Shown here: piece after piece, positions 13,810 through 28,712 of the stretch | Position numbering within the stretch: position 1 is the stretch's first letter | Layout of the letters: the number at the start of each line of letters is the position of its first letter | Source of the DNA: Nemertoderma westbladi | Taxonomy: Eukaryota; Animalia; Xenacoelomorpha | Assembly (NCBI GenBank): GCA_032718475.1 | Contig: JAUCBJ010000678.1 | Location: 67,882 to 131,881, forward strand | DNA length: 64,000 nucleotides | Reading direction: 5' to 3' | The notes under the pieces: model-generated | Seen by the model: the letters and a program-made list of their open reading frames with translations, nothing else | Databases searched by the model: none | Told to the model about the DNA's origin: nothing | Position numbers and translations under genes: made by a program

Positions 13810-14076
13810 ATGGAATCAACTACCTCAAACGATGTCGCAGATGAATCGAAGGGAGGAGACGTTAATATCGAGGAAATCACACCCAAAGGCAATGTGGAGG
13901 CAGATTTAAATTTAAAAAAAATTCCCAGACCTGGTGAAACACTACCAGGACCAAACGGATGGCCGATTTTAGGGAACCTTCTAGATATGCCAAAGATCGC
14001 TGATAGTCTACCGGAATGGCTGGAAAAGTTAACGCATGAATTTGGATCTATTTTTCGATTGCAACTGGGAAGCAGG
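13810..14076 (+). CDS. Cytochrome P450 (clan 2-like), coding exon 1
   Basis: ATG 13810 with in-frame TGA at 13804-13806. Likely acceptor ttag at 13781-13784, implying an upstream 5'UTR intron. Proline hinge LPGPNGWPILGNL, then FGSIFRLQLGSR; donor agg|gtaaat, phase 0. Confidence 0.88.
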
Positions 14077-14307
14077 GTAAATTAATACACCTGTATAGGG
14101 ATACTACAATATTAATAATGAAGTACAAATGTATTATAATTATGGAACATTTGGATAGTTAAGGTGTCTTGATATTTTAAGATGGATGATTAGATACCCC
14201 CCTTGTGGGGCGAGCCACGAAGTTGGCGGAGCCATTAGATACCATAGATGATTAGATACCCCCCTACCTTTACTTTATTTGTAACGTATTTTTCTCGACC
14301 ATTTTAG

Positions 14308-14475
14308 ACGATGGTATTTTTTCATGGCAAAGAGGCTTTTCACGAAGCCTTCGTTGAAAAAGTCGACTATTTTCAGACTCGAATGAATTACAGTTTGTGG
14401 CACAAAATATCTGAAGGATCTGGTTTCACGGGAAGCATTTCTAAACACATCAGCATTCACAGAAAGATGACCGCC
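14308..14475 (+). CDS. Cytochrome P450, coding exon 2
   Basis: Acceptor ttttag|acg. TMVFFHGKEAFHEAFVEKVDYFQTR...IHRKMTA matches the VVLxGxxAIxEALV..F..R region. Donor gcc|gtaagt, phase 0. Confidence 0.85.
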
Positions 14476-14562
14476 GTAAGTTTAAAGCGTAGGCCTACAG
14501 AAACTGTAGGTAAAGTATGTAGTAGTAAAGTATGTAGGCCGACTAAAGGCTGTAGAAATTCC

Positions 14563-14725
14563 GCACTGTTGTGTCCCTAGGCAAGACACTTTAGACATTA
14601 GTGCCTACGCCAACCCAGCGGTATAACGGGAACCTGGCTTTGCTGGGGTAATGATAATAAAAGCGCTTTAAGTATGCTGAGCGTAAAAAAGCGCTATATA
14701 AATAACCAATATTATTATTATTATA
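14563..14725 (+). mobile_element. SINE fragment (CORE-like domain with L2-type tail)
   Basis: ttgtgtccctaggcaagacacttta...caacccagcggtataa resembles the SINE core. Tail aagcgcttt...aaaagcgctatataaat followed by (att)n. Confidence 0.55.
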
Positions 14726-15155
14726 TATTATATTATTTATTTATATTATTATATTATTTATTTATATTACTTATTTTTTTACATATAATACATACACGAT
14801 GTCGATCCTTCGCGCGGCCTTGTTACATTATATTAACTTATCGGCATTGTGGTCGTGGTGATATCCTCATAAAGCGGCAAAGTACCACTTTGCAGCGTTG
14901 CTGTCTACAGGAAGGAAAGGAAAGCTACAAGATAATCCCTAAAAGTAACTCAGTAACAATAAACTTCTAGACCAGGTCTTCAGTGTTATCCATAGTGATA
15001 GCCATTATGTATGCCTACAGTTGTTTGGTATACAATAGTTACAAATAATTAACTTAACTCGAATTCGAATTCGAAAACTAATTTCACGACTTTAAATTGT
15101 TATCCTACCATACAGCCGCAAACAATAAAATGTTACACATTATTTTGATCTATAG

Positions 15156-15433
15156 GAGTATCTAAAGGGATTGGAGAGTCAATTAATCTCACAAGTCATT
15201 CCGAATGAGATGGAAAAAGCTTCCAATTGGTTAGAAAGTCGTGCTGGTCAAGCGATAGACCCAGCAGACGCTCTCGACAGAGCCTTGTCCAACATTGCGA
15301 TCTTCAAAGCTTTCGGGAAAACGTACGAATACGACGATCCGGAATTCCTGAAGCGACGAGAAGTTATGTGGGAGTTTATAAACACTACAACACCAACCGC
15401 AGTGAAAACATACACCCTCAGTCGGCTAACAAT
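15156..15433 (+). CDS. Cytochrome P450, coding exon 3 (helices D-F)
   Basis: Acceptor tatag|gag. EYLKGLESQ...GQAIDPADALDRALSNIAIFKAFGKTYEYDDPEF matches the CYP2 pattern G.PFDP...AVSNII..I.FG.RFDY.DPEF. Donor aat|gtaagt, phase 2. Confidence 0.9.
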
Positions 15434-18400
15434 GTAAGTTGAGTAGTTTATAAACACTACAACACCAACCGCATTGAAAACATACACCCTCAGTCGGCTA
15501 ACAATGTAAGTTGAGTAGTTTATAAACACTACAACACCAACCGCAGTGAAAACATACACCCTCAGTCGGCTAACAATGTAAGTTGAGTAGTTTATAAACA
15601 CTACAACACCAACCGCATTGAAAACATACACCCTCAGTCGGCTAACAATGTAAGTTGAGTATTTTATAAACACTACAACACCAACCGAAGTGAAAACATA
15701 CACCCTCAGTCGGCTAACAATGTAAGTTGAGTAGTTTATAAACACTACAACACCAACCGCAGTGAAAACATACACCCTCAGTCGGCTAACAATGTAAGTT
15801 GAGTAGTTTATAAACACTACAACACCAACCGCATTGAAAACATACACCCTCAGTCGGCTAACAATGTAAGTTGAGTATTTTATAAACACTACAACACCAA
15901 CCGAAGTGAAAACATACAACCTCAGTCGGCTAACAATGTAAGTTGAGTAGTTTATAAACTATACAACACCAACCGCAGTGAAAACATACACCCTCAGTCG
16001 GCTAACAATGTAAGTTGAGTTTATAAACACTACAACACCAACCGCAGTGAAAACATACAACCTCAGTCGGCTAACAATGTAAGTTGAGTTTATAAACACT
16101 ACAACACCAACGGCAGTGAAAACATACACCCTCAGTCGGATAACAATGTAAGTTGAGATTATAAACACTACAACACCAACGGCAGTGAAAACATACACCC
16201 TCAGTCGGCTAACAATGTAAGTTGAGTTTATAAACACTACAACACCAACGGCAGTGAAAACATACACCCTCAGTCGGCTAACAATGTAAGTTGAGTTTAT
16301 AAACACTACAACACTAACCGCAGTGAAAACATACACCCTCAGTCGGCTAACAATGTAAGTTGAGTTTATAAACACTACAACACCAACGGCAGTGAAAACA
16401 TACACCCTCAGTCGGCTAACATTGTAAGTTGAGTTTATAAACACTACAACACCAACCGCAGTGAAAACATACACCCTCAGTCGGCTAACAATGTAAGTTG
16501 AGTTTATAAACACTACAACACCAACCGCAGTAAAAACATACAACCTCAGTCGGCTAACAATGTAAGTTGAGTTTATAAACACTACAACACCAACCGCAGT
16601 GAAAACATACAACCTCAGTCGGCTAACAATGTAAGTTGAGTAGTTTATAAACACTACAACACCAACCGCAGTGAAAACATACACCCTCAGTCGGCTAACA
16701 ATGTAAGTTGAGTTTATAAACACTACAACACCAACCGCAGTGAAAACATACACCCTCAGTCGGCTAACAATGTAAGTTGAGTTTATAAACACTACAACAC
16801 CAACCGCAGTGAAAACATACACCCTCAGTCGGCTAACAATGTAAGTTGAGTTTATAAACACTACAACACCAACCGCAGTGAAAACATACACCCTCAGTCG
16901 GCTAACAATGTAAGTTGAGTTTATAAACACTACAACACCAACCGCAGTGAAAACATACACCCTCAGTCGGCTAACAATGTAAGTTGAGTTTATAAACACT
17001 ACAACACCAACCGCAGTGAAAACATACACCCTCAGTCGGCTAACAATGTAAGTTGAGTTTATAAACACTACAACACCAACCGCAGTGAAAACATACACCC
17101 TCAGTCGGCTAACAATGTAAGTTGAGTTTATAAATACTACAACACCAACCGCAGTGAAAACATACACCCTCAGTCGGCTAACAATGTAAGTTGAGATTAT
17201 AAACACTTCAACACCAACCGCAGTGAATACATACACCCTCAGTCGGCTAACAATGTAAGTTGAGTTTATAAACACTACAACACTAACCGCAGTGAAAACA
17301 TACCCCCTCAGTCGGCTAACAATGTAAGTTGAGTTTATAAACACTACAACACCAAACGCAGTGAATACATACACCCTCAGTCGGCTAACATTGAAAGTTG
17401 AGTTTATAAACACTACAACACCAACCGCAGTGAAAACATACAACCTCAGTCGGCTAACAATGTAAGTTGAGTAGTTTATAAACACTACAACACCAACCGC
17501 AGTGAAAACATACACCCTCAGTCGGCTAACAATGTAAGTTGAGTTTATAAACACTACAACACCAACCGCAGTAAAAACATACACCCTCAGTCGGCTAACA
17601 ATGTAAGTTGAGTTTATAAACACTACAACACCAACCGCAGTGAAAACATACACCCTCAGTCGGCTAACAATGTAAGTTGAGTTTATAAACACTACAACAC
17701 CAACCGCAGTGAAAACATACACCCTCAGTCGGCTAACAATGTAAGTTGAGTTTATAAACACTACAACACCAACCGCAGTGAAAACATACACCCTCAGTCG
17801 GCTAACAATATAAGTTGAGTTTATAAACACTACAACACCAACCGCAGTGAAAACATACACCCTCAGTCGGCTAACAATGTAAGTTGAGTTTATAAACACT
17901 ACAACACCAACCGCAGTGAAAACATACACCCTCAGTCGGCTAACAATGTAAGTTGAGTTTATAAACACTACAACACCAACCGCAGTGAAAACATACACCC
18001 TCAGTCGGCTAACAATGTAAGTTGAGTTTATAAACACTACAACACCAACCGCAGTGAAAACATACACCCTCAGTCGGCTAACAATGTAAGTTGAGTTTAT
18101 AAACACTACAACACCAACCGCAGTGAAAACATACACCCTCAGTCGGCTAACAATATAAGTTGAGTTTATAAACACTACAACACCAACCGCAGTGAAAACA
18201 TACACCCTCAGTCGGCTAACAATGTAAGTTGAGTTTATAAACACTACAACACCAACCGCAGTGAAAACGTACACCCTCAGTCGGCTAACAATGTAAGTTG
18301 AGTTTATAAACACTACAACACCAACCGCAGTGAAAAAATACAACCTCAGTCGGCTAACAATGTAAGTTGAGTAGTTTATAAACACTACAACACCAACCGC

Positions 18401-21400
18401 AGTAAAAACATACAACCTCAGTCGGCTAACAATGTAAGTTGAGTTTATAAACACTACAACACCAACCGCAGTGAAAACATACAACCTCAGTCGGCTAACA
18501 ATGTAAGTAGAGTAGTTTATAAACACTACAACACCAACCGCAGTGAAAACATACACCCTCAGTCGGCTAACAATGTAAGTTGAGTTTATAAACACTACAA
18601 CACCAACCGCAGTGAAAACATACACCCTCAGTCGGCTAACAATGTAAGTTGAGTTTATAAACACTACAACACCAACCGCAGTGAAAACATACACCCTCAG
18701 TCGGCTAACAATGTAAGTTGAGTTTATAAACACTACAACACCAACCGCAGTGAAAACATACACCCTCAGTCGGCTAACAATGTAAGTTGAGTTTATAAAC
18801 ACTACAACACCAACCGCAGTGAAAACACACACCCTCAGTCGGCTAACAATATAAGTTGAGTTTATAAACACTACAACACCAACCGCAGTGAAAACATACA
18901 CCCTCAGTCGGATAACAATGTAAGTTGAGTTTATAAACACTACAACACCAACCGCAGTGAAAACATACAACCTCAGTCGGCTAACAATGTAATGTAAGTT
19001 GAGTTTATAAACACTACAACACCAACGGCAGTGAAAACATACACCCCCAGTCTGCTAACAATGTAAGTTGAGTTTATAAACACTACAACACCAACCGCAG
19101 TGAAAACATACACCCTCAGTCGGCTAACAATGTAAGTTGAGTAGTTTATAAACACTACAACACCAACCGCATTGAAAACATACACCCTCAGTCGGCTAAC
19201 AATGTAAGTTGAGTATTTTATAAACACTACAACACCAACCGAAGTGAAAACATACACCCTCAGTCGGCTAACAATGTAAGTTGAGTAGTTTATAAACACT
19301 ACAACACCAACCGCAGTGAAAACATACACCCTCAGTCGGCTAACAATGTAAGTTGAGTAGTTTATAAACACTACAACACCAACCGCATTGAAAACATACA
19401 CCCTCAGTCGGCTAACAATGTAAGTTGAGTATTTTATAAACACTACAACACCAACCGAAGTGAAAACATACAACCTCAGTCGGCTAACAATGTAAATTGA
19501 GTAGTTTATAAACTATACAACACCAACCGCAGTGAAAACATACACCCTCAGTCGGCTAACAATGTAAGTTGAGTTTATAAACACTACAACACCAACCGCA
19601 GTGAAAACATACAACCTCAGTCGGCTAACAATGTAAGTTGAGTTTATAAACACTACAACCACAACGGCAGTGAAAACATACACCCTCAGTCGGATAACAA
19701 TGTAAGTTGAGATTATAAACACTACAACACCAACGGCAGTGAAAACATACACCCTCAGTCGGCTAACAATGTAAGTTGAGTTTATAAACACTACAACACC
19801 AACGGCAGTGAAAACATACACCCTCAGTCGGCTAACAATGTAAGTTGAGTTTATAAACACTACAACACTAACCGCAGTGAAAACATACACCCTCAGTCGG
19901 CTAACAATGTAAGTTGAGTTTATAAACACTACAACACCAACGGCAGTGAAAACATACACCCTCAGTCGGCTAACATTGTAAGTTGAGTTTATAAACACTA
20001 CAACACCAACCGCAGTGAAAACATACACCCTCAGTCGGCTAACAATGTAAGTTGAGTTTATAAACACTACAACACCAACCGCAGTAAAAACATACAACCT
20101 CAGTCGGCTAACAATGTAAGTTGAGTTTATAAACACTACAACACCAACCGCAGTGAAAACATACAACCTCAGTCGGCTAACAATGTAAGTTGAGTAGTTT
20201 ATAAACACTACAACACCAACCGCAGTGAAAACATACACCCTCAGTCGGCTAACAATGTAAGTTGAGTTTATAAACACTACAACACCAACCGCAGTGAAAA
20301 CATACACCCTCAGTCGGCTAACAATGTAAGTTGAGTTTATAAACACTACAACACCAACCGCAGTGAAAACATACACCCTCAGTCGGCTAACAATGTAAGT
20401 TGAGTTTATAAACACTACAACACCAACCGCAGTGAAAACATACACCCTCAGTCGGCTAACAATGTAAGTTGAGTTTATAAACACTACAACACCAACCGCA
20501 GTGAAAACATACACCCTCAGTCGGCTAACAATGTAAGTTGAGTTTATAAACACTACAACACCAACCGCAGTGAAAACATACACCCTCAGTCGGCTAACAA
20601 TGTAAGTTGAGTTTATAAACACTACAACACCAACCGCAGTGAAAACATACACCCTCAGTCGGCTAACAATGTAAGTTGAGTTTATAAATACTACAACACC
20701 AACCGCAGTGAAAACATACACCCTCAGTCGGCTAACAATGTAAGTTGAGATTATAAACACTTCAACACCAACCGCAGTGAATACATACACCCTCAGTCGG
20801 CTAACAATGTAAGTTGAGTTTATAAACACTACAACACTAACCGCAGTGAAAACATACCCCCTCAGTCGGCTAACAATGTAAGTTGAGTTTATAAACACTA
20901 CAACATCAAACGCAGTGAATACATACACCCTCAGTCGGCTAACATTGAAAGTTGAGTTTATAAACACTACAACACCAACCGCAGTGAAAACATACAACCT
21001 CAGTCGGCTAACAATGTAAGTTGAGTAGTTTATAAACACTACAACACCAACCGCAGTGAAAACATACACCCTCAGTCGGCTAACAATGTAAGTTGAGTTT
21101 ATAAACACTACAACACCAACCGCAGTAAAAACATACACCCTCAGTCGGCTAACAATGTAAGTTGAGTTTATAAACACTACAACACCAACCGCAGTGAAAA
21201 CATACACCCTCAGTCGGCTAACAATGTAAGTTGAGTTTATAAACACTACAACACCAACCGCAGTGAAAACATACACCCTCAGTCGGCTAACAATGTAAGT
21301 TGAGTTTATAAACACTACAACACCAACCGCAGTGAAAACATACACCCTCAGTCGGCTAACAATATAAGTTGAGTTTATAAACACTACAACACCAACCGCA

Positions 21401-24400
21401 GTGAAAACATACACCCTCAGTCGGCTAACAATGTAAGTTGAGTTTATAAACACTACAACACCAACCGCAGTGAAAACATACACCCTCAGTCGGCTAACAA
21501 TGTAAGTTGAGTTTATAAACACTACAACACCAACCGCAGTGAAAACATACACCCTCAGTCGGCTAACAATGTAAGTTGAGTTTATAAACACTACAACACC
21601 AACCGCAGTGAAAACATACACCCTCAGTCGGCTAACAATGTAAGTTGAGTTTATAAACACTACAACACCAACCGCAGTGAAAACATACACCCTCAGTCGG
21701 CTAACAATATAAGTTGAGTTTATAAACACTACAACACCAACCGCAGTGAAAACATACACCCTCAGTCGGCTAACAATGTAAGTTGAGTTTATAAACACTA
21801 CAACACCAACCGCAGTGAAAACGTACACCCTCAGTCGGCTAACAATGTAAGTTGAGTTTATAAACACTACAACACCAACCGCAGTGAAAAAATACAACCT
21901 CAGTCGGCTAACAATGTAAGTTGAGTAGTTTATAAACACTACAACACCAACCGCAGTAAAAACATACAACCTCAGTCGGCTAACAATGTAAGTTGAGTTT
22001 ATAAACACTACAACACCAACCGCAGTGAAAACATACAACCTCAGTCGGCTAACAATGTAAGTAGAGTAGTTTATAAACACTACAACACCAACCGCAGTGA
22101 AAACATACACCCTCAGTCGGCTAACAATGTAAGTTGAGTTTATAAACACTACAACACCAACCGCAGTGAAAACATACACCCTCAGTCGGCTAACAATGTA
22201 AGTTGAGTTTATAAACACTACAACACCAACCGCAGTGAAAACATACACCCTCAGTCGGCTAACAATGTAAGTTGAGTTTATAAACACTACAACACCAACC
22301 GCAGTGAAAACATACACCCTCAGTCGGCTAACAATGTAAGTTGAGTTTATAAACACTACAACACCAACCGCAGTGAAAACACACACCCTCAGTCGGCTAA
22401 CAATATAAGTTGAGTTTATAAACACTACAACACCAACCGCAGTGAAAACATACACCCTCAGTCGGATAACAATGTAAGTTGAGTTTATAAACACTACAAC
22501 ACCAACCGCAGTGAAAACATACAACCTCAGTCGGCTAACAATGTAATGTAAGTTGAGTTTATAAACACTACAACACCAACGGCAGTGAAAACATACACCC
22601 CCAGTCTGCTAACAATGTAAGTTGAGTTTATAAACACTACAACACCAACCGCAGTGAAAACATACACCCTCAGTCGGCTAAAAATGTAAGTTGAGTTTAT
22701 AAACACTACAACACCAACGGCAGTGAAAACATACACCCCCAGTCTGCTAACAATGTAAGTTGAGTTTATAAACACGACAACACCAACCGCAGTGAAAACA
22801 TACACCCTCAGTCGGCTAAAAATGTAAGTTGAGTTTATAAACACTACAACACCAACCGCAGTGAAAACATACACCCTCAGTCGGCTAACAATGTAAGTTG
22901 AGTTTATAAACACTACAACACCAACCGCAGTGAAAACATACACCCTCAGTCGGCTAAAAATGTAAGTTGAGTTTATAAACACTACAACACCAACCGCAGT
23001 GAAAACATACACCCTCAGTCGGCTAACAATGTAAGTTGAGTTTATAAACACTACAACACCAACCGCAGTGAAAACATACCCCCTCAGTCGGCTAACAATG
23101 TAAGTTGAGTTTATAAACACTACAACACCAACGGCAGTGAAAACATACACCCTCAGTCGGCTAACAATGTAAGTTGAGTTTATAAACACTGCAACACCAA
23201 CCGCAGTGAAAACATACACCCTCAGTCGGCTAACAATGTAAGTTGAGTTTATAAACACTACAACACCAATCGCAGTAAAAACATACACCCTCAGTCGGCT
23301 AACAATGTAATGTAAGTTGAGTTTATAAACACTACAACACCAACGGCAGTGAAAACATACACCCTCAGTCGGCTAACAATGTAAGTTGAGTTTATAAACA
23401 CTACAACACCAATCGCAGTAAAAACATACACCCTCAGTCGGCTAACAATGTAATGTAAGTTGAGTTTATAAACACTACAACACCAACGGCAGTGAAAACA
23501 TACACCCTCAGTCGGCTAACAATGCAAGTTGCGTTTATAAACACTACAACACCAACGGCAGTGAAAACATACACCCTCAGTCGGCTAACAATGTAAGTTG
23601 AATTTATAAACACTACAACACCAACGGCAGTGAAAACATACCCCCTCAGTCGGCTAACAATGTAAGTTGAGTTTATAAACACTACAACACCAACCGCAGT
23701 GAAAACATACACCCTCAGTCGGCTAACAATGTAAGTTGAGTTTATAAACACTACAACACCAACGGCAGTGAAAACATACACCCTCAGTCGGCTAACAATG
23801 TAAGTTGAGTTTATAAACACTACAACACCAACCGCAGTGAAAACATTCACCCTCAGTCGGCTAACAATGTAAGTTGAGTTTATAAACACTACAACACCAA
23901 CCGCAGTGAAAACATACACCCTCAGTCGGCTAACAATGTAAGTTGAGTTTATAAATACTACAACACCAACCGCAGTGAAAACATACACCCTCAGTCGGCT
24001 AACAATGTAAGTTGAGATTATAAACACTACAAAACCAACCGCAGTGAATACATACACCCTCAGTCGGCTAACAATGTAAGTTGAGTTTGTAAACACTACA
24101 ACACCAACCGCAGTGAAAACATACACCCTCAGTCGGCTAACAATGTAAGTTGAGTTTATAAACACTACAACACCAACGGCAGTGAAAACATACCCCCTCA
24201 GTCGGCTAACAATGTAAGTTGAGTTTAAAAACACTACAACACCAACGGCAGTGAAAACATACACCCTCAGTCGGCTAACAATGAAGTTGAGTTTATAAAC
24301 ACTACAACACCAACGGCAGTGAAAACATACCCCCTCAGTCGGCTAACAATGTAAGTTGAGTTTATAAACACTACAACACCAACGGCAGTGAAAACATACA

Positions 24401-27400
24401 CCCTCAGTCGGCTAACAATGTAAGTTAAGATTATAAACACTACAACACCAACCGCAGTGAATACATACACCCTCAGTCGGCTAACAATGTAAGTTGAGTT
24501 TGTAAACACTACAACACCAACCGCAGTGAAAACATACACCCTCAGTCGGCTAACAATGTAAGTTGAGTTTATAAACACTACAACACCAAACGCAGTGAAT
24601 ACATACACCCTCAGTCGGCTAACATTGTAAGTTGAGTTTATAAACACTACAACACCAACCGCAGTGAAAACATACACCCTCAGTCGGCTAACAATGTAAT
24701 GTAAGTTGAGTTTATAAACACTACAACACCAACGGCAGTGAAAACATAAACCCTCAGTCGGCTAACAATGTAAGTTGAGTTTATAAACACTACAACACCA
24801 ACGGCATTGAAAACATACCCCCTCAGTCGGCTAACAATGTAAGTTGAGTTTATAAACACTACAACACCAAACGCAGTGAATACATACACCCTCAGTCGGC
24901 TAACATTGTAAGTTGAGTTTATAAACACTACAACACCAAACGCAGTGAATACATACACCCTCAGTCGGCTAACAATGTAAGTTGAGTTTATAAACACTAC
25001 AACACCAACCGCAGTGAAAACATACACCCTCAGTCGGCTAACAATGTAATGTAAGTTGAGTTTATAAACACTACAACACCAACGGCAGTGAAAACATAAA
25101 CCCTCAGTCGGCTAACAATGTAAGTTGAGTTTATAAACACTACAACACCAACGGCATTGAAAACATACCCCCTCAGTCGGCTAACAATGTAAGTTGAGTT
25201 TATAAACACTACAACACCAAACGCAGTGAATACATACACCCTCAGTCGGCTAACATTGTAAGTTGAGTTTATAAACACTACAACACCTACCGCAGTAAAA
25301 ACATACACCCTCAGTCGGCTAAAAATGTAAGTTGAGTTTATAAACACTACAACACCAACGGCATTGAAAACATACCCCCTCAGTCGGCTAACAATGTAAG
25401 TTGAGTTTATAAACACTACAACACCAAACGCAGTGAATACATACGCCCTCAGTCGGCTAACATTGTAAGTTGAGTTTATAAACACTACAACACCAACCGC
25501 AGTGAAAACATTCACCCTCAGTCGGCTAACAATGTAAGTTGAGTTTATAAACACTACAACACCAACCGCAGTGAAAACATACACCCTCAGTCGGCTAACA
25601 ATGTAAGTTGAGTTTATAAATACTACAACACCAACCGCAGTGAAAACATACACCCTCAGTCGGCTAACAATGTAAGTTGAGATTATAAACACTTCAACAC
25701 CAACCGCAGTGAATACATACACCCTCAGTCGGCTAACAATGTAAGTTGAGTTTGTAAACACTACAACACCAACCGCAGTGAAAACATACACCCTCAGTCG
25801 GCTAACAATGTAAGTTGAGTTTATAAACACTACAACACCAACGGCAGTGAAAACATACCCCCTCAGTCGGCTAACAATGTAAGTTGAGTTTATAAACACT
25901 ACAACACCAACCGCAGTGAAAACATACACCCTCAGTCGGCTAACAATGTAAGTTGAGTTTATAAATACTACAACACCAACCGCAGTGAAAACATACACCC
26001 TCAGTCGGCTAACAATGTAAGTTGAGATTATAAACACTTCAACACCAACCGCAGTGAATACATACACCCTCAGTCGGCTAACAATGTAAGTTGAGTTTAT
26101 AAACACTACAACACTAACCGCAGTGAAAACATACCCCCTCAGTCGGCTAACAATGTAAGTTGAGTTTATAAACACTACAACACCAAACGCAGTGAATACA
26201 TACACCCTCAGTCGGCTAACATTGTAAGTTGAGTTTATGAACACTACAACACCAACCGCAGTGAAAACATTCACCCTCAGTCGGCTAACAATGTAAGTTG
26301 AGTTTATAAACACTACAACACCAACCGCAGTGAAAACATACACCCTCAGTCGGCTAACAATGTAAGTTGAGTTTATAAATACTACAACACCAACCGCAGT
26401 GAAAACATACACCCTCAGTCGGCTAACAATGTAAGTTGAGATTATAAACACTTCAACACCAACCGCAGTGAATACATACACCCTCAGTCGGCTAACAATG
26501 TAAGTTGAGTTTGTAAACACTACAACACCAACCGCAGTGAAAACATACACCCTCAGTCGGCTAACAATGTAAGTTGAGTTTATAAACACTACAACACCAA
26601 CGGCAGTGAAAACATACCCCCTCAGTCGGCTAACAATGTAAGTTGAGTTTATAAACACTACAACACCAACGGCAGTGAAAACATACACCCTCAGTCGGCT
26701 AACAATGAAGTTGAGTTTATAAACACTACAACACCAACGGCAGTGAAAACATACCCCCTCAGTCGGCTAACAATGTAAGATGAGTTTATAAACACTACAA
26801 CACCAACGGCAGTGAAAACATACACCCTCAGTCGGCTAACAATGTAAGTTGAGATTATAAACACTACAACACCAACCGCAGTGAATACATACACCCTCAG
26901 TCGGCTAACAATGTAAGTTGAGTTTGTAAACACTACAACACCAACCGCAGTGAAAACATACACCCTCAGTCGGCTCAAAATGTAAGTTGAGTTTATAAAC
27001 ACTACAACACCAACGGCAGTGAAAACATACACCCTCAGTCGGCTAACATTGTAAGTTGAGTTTATAAACACTACAACACCAACCGCAGTGAAAACATACA
27101 CCCTCAGTCGGCTAACAATGTAAGTTGTGTTTATAAACACTACAACACCAACCGCAGTGAAAACATACACCCTCAGTCGGCTAACAATGTAAGTTGAGTT
27201 TGTAAACACTACAACACCAACCGCAGTGAAAACATACACCCTCAGTCGGCTAACAATGTAAGTTGAGTTTATAAACACTACAACACCAACGGCAGTGAAA
27301 ACATACTCCCTCAGTCGGCTAACAATGTAAGTTGAGTTTATAAACACTACAACACCAACGGCAGTGAAAACATACACCCTCAGTCGGCTAACAATGTAAT

Positions 27401-28712
27401 GTAAGTTGAGTTTATAAACACTACAACACCAACCGCAGTGAAAACATACACCCTCAGTCGGCTAACAATGTAAGTTGAGTTTATAAACACTACAACACCA
27501 ATCGCAGTAAAAACATACACCCTCAGTCGGCTAACAATGTAATGTAAGTTGAGTTTATAAACACTACAACACCAACGGCAGTGAAAACATACACCCTCAG
27601 TCGGCTAACAATATAAGTTGAGTTTATAAACACTACAACACCAACAGCAGTGAAAACATACACCCTCAATCGGCTAACAATGTAAGTTGAGTAGTTTATA
27701 AACACTACAACACCAACCGCAGTGAAAACATACACCCTCAGTCGGCTAACAATGTAAGTTGAGTTTATAAACACTACAACACCAATCGCAGTAAAAACAT
27801 ACACCCTCAGTCGGCTAACAATGTAATGTAAGTTGAGTTTATAAACACTACAACACCAACGGCAGTGAAAACATACACCCTCAGTCGGCTAACAATGTAA
27901 GTTGAGTTTATAAACACTACAACACCAATCGCAGTAAAAACATACACCCTCAGTCGGCTAACAATGTAATGTAAGTTGAGTTTATAAACACTACAACACC
28001 AACGGCAGTGAAAACATACACCCTCAGTCGGCTAACAATGTAAGTTGAGTTTATAAACACTACAACACAAACGGCAGTGAAAACATACACCCTCAGTCGG
28101 ATAACAATGTAAGTTGAGTTTATAAACACTACAACACCAACCGCAGTGAAAACATACACCCTCAGTCGGCTAACAATGTAATGTAAGTTGAGTTTATAAA
28201 CACTACAACACCAAACGCAGTGAAAACATACCCCCTCAGTCGGCTAACAACAATGTAATGTAAGTTGAGTTTATAAACACTACAACACCAACCGCAGTGA
28301 AAACATACACCCTCAGTCGGCTAACAATGTAATGTAAGTTGAGTTTATAAACACTACAACACCAACGACCGTTAAAACATACACCCTCAGTCGGCTAAAA
28401 ATGTAAGTTGAGTTTATGAACACTACAACACTAACCGCAGTGAAAACATACACCCTCAGTCGGCTAACAATGTAAGTTGAGATTATAAACACTACAACAC
28501 CAACCGCAGTAAAAACATACACCCTCAGTCGGCTAACAATGTAATGTAAGTTGAGTTTATAAACACTACAACACCAACGGCAGTTAAAACATACACCCTC
28601 AGTCGGCTAACAATGTAAGTTGAGTTTATAAACACTACAACACCAACCGCAGTAAAAACATACACCATCAGTCGGCTAACAATGTAATGTAAGTTGAGTT
28701 TATAAACACTAC
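15372..28712 (+). repeat. 69-bp minisatellite, about 190 copies; unit = last 62 nt of CYP exon 3 + gtaagtt donor
   Basis: Unit gagtttataaacactacaacaccaaccgcagtgaaaacatacaccctcagtcggctaacaatgtaagtt. The first copy lies inside the exon. 68-, 72- and 74-bp variants occur. Confidence 0.97.

Noticed and set aside
14476-14489. Alternative exon-2 donor at aagc|gtaggc (14488/14489)
   Set aside because: Phase 1, incompatible with the phase-0 exon-3 acceptor; gcc|gtaagt at 14475 is a better consensus.
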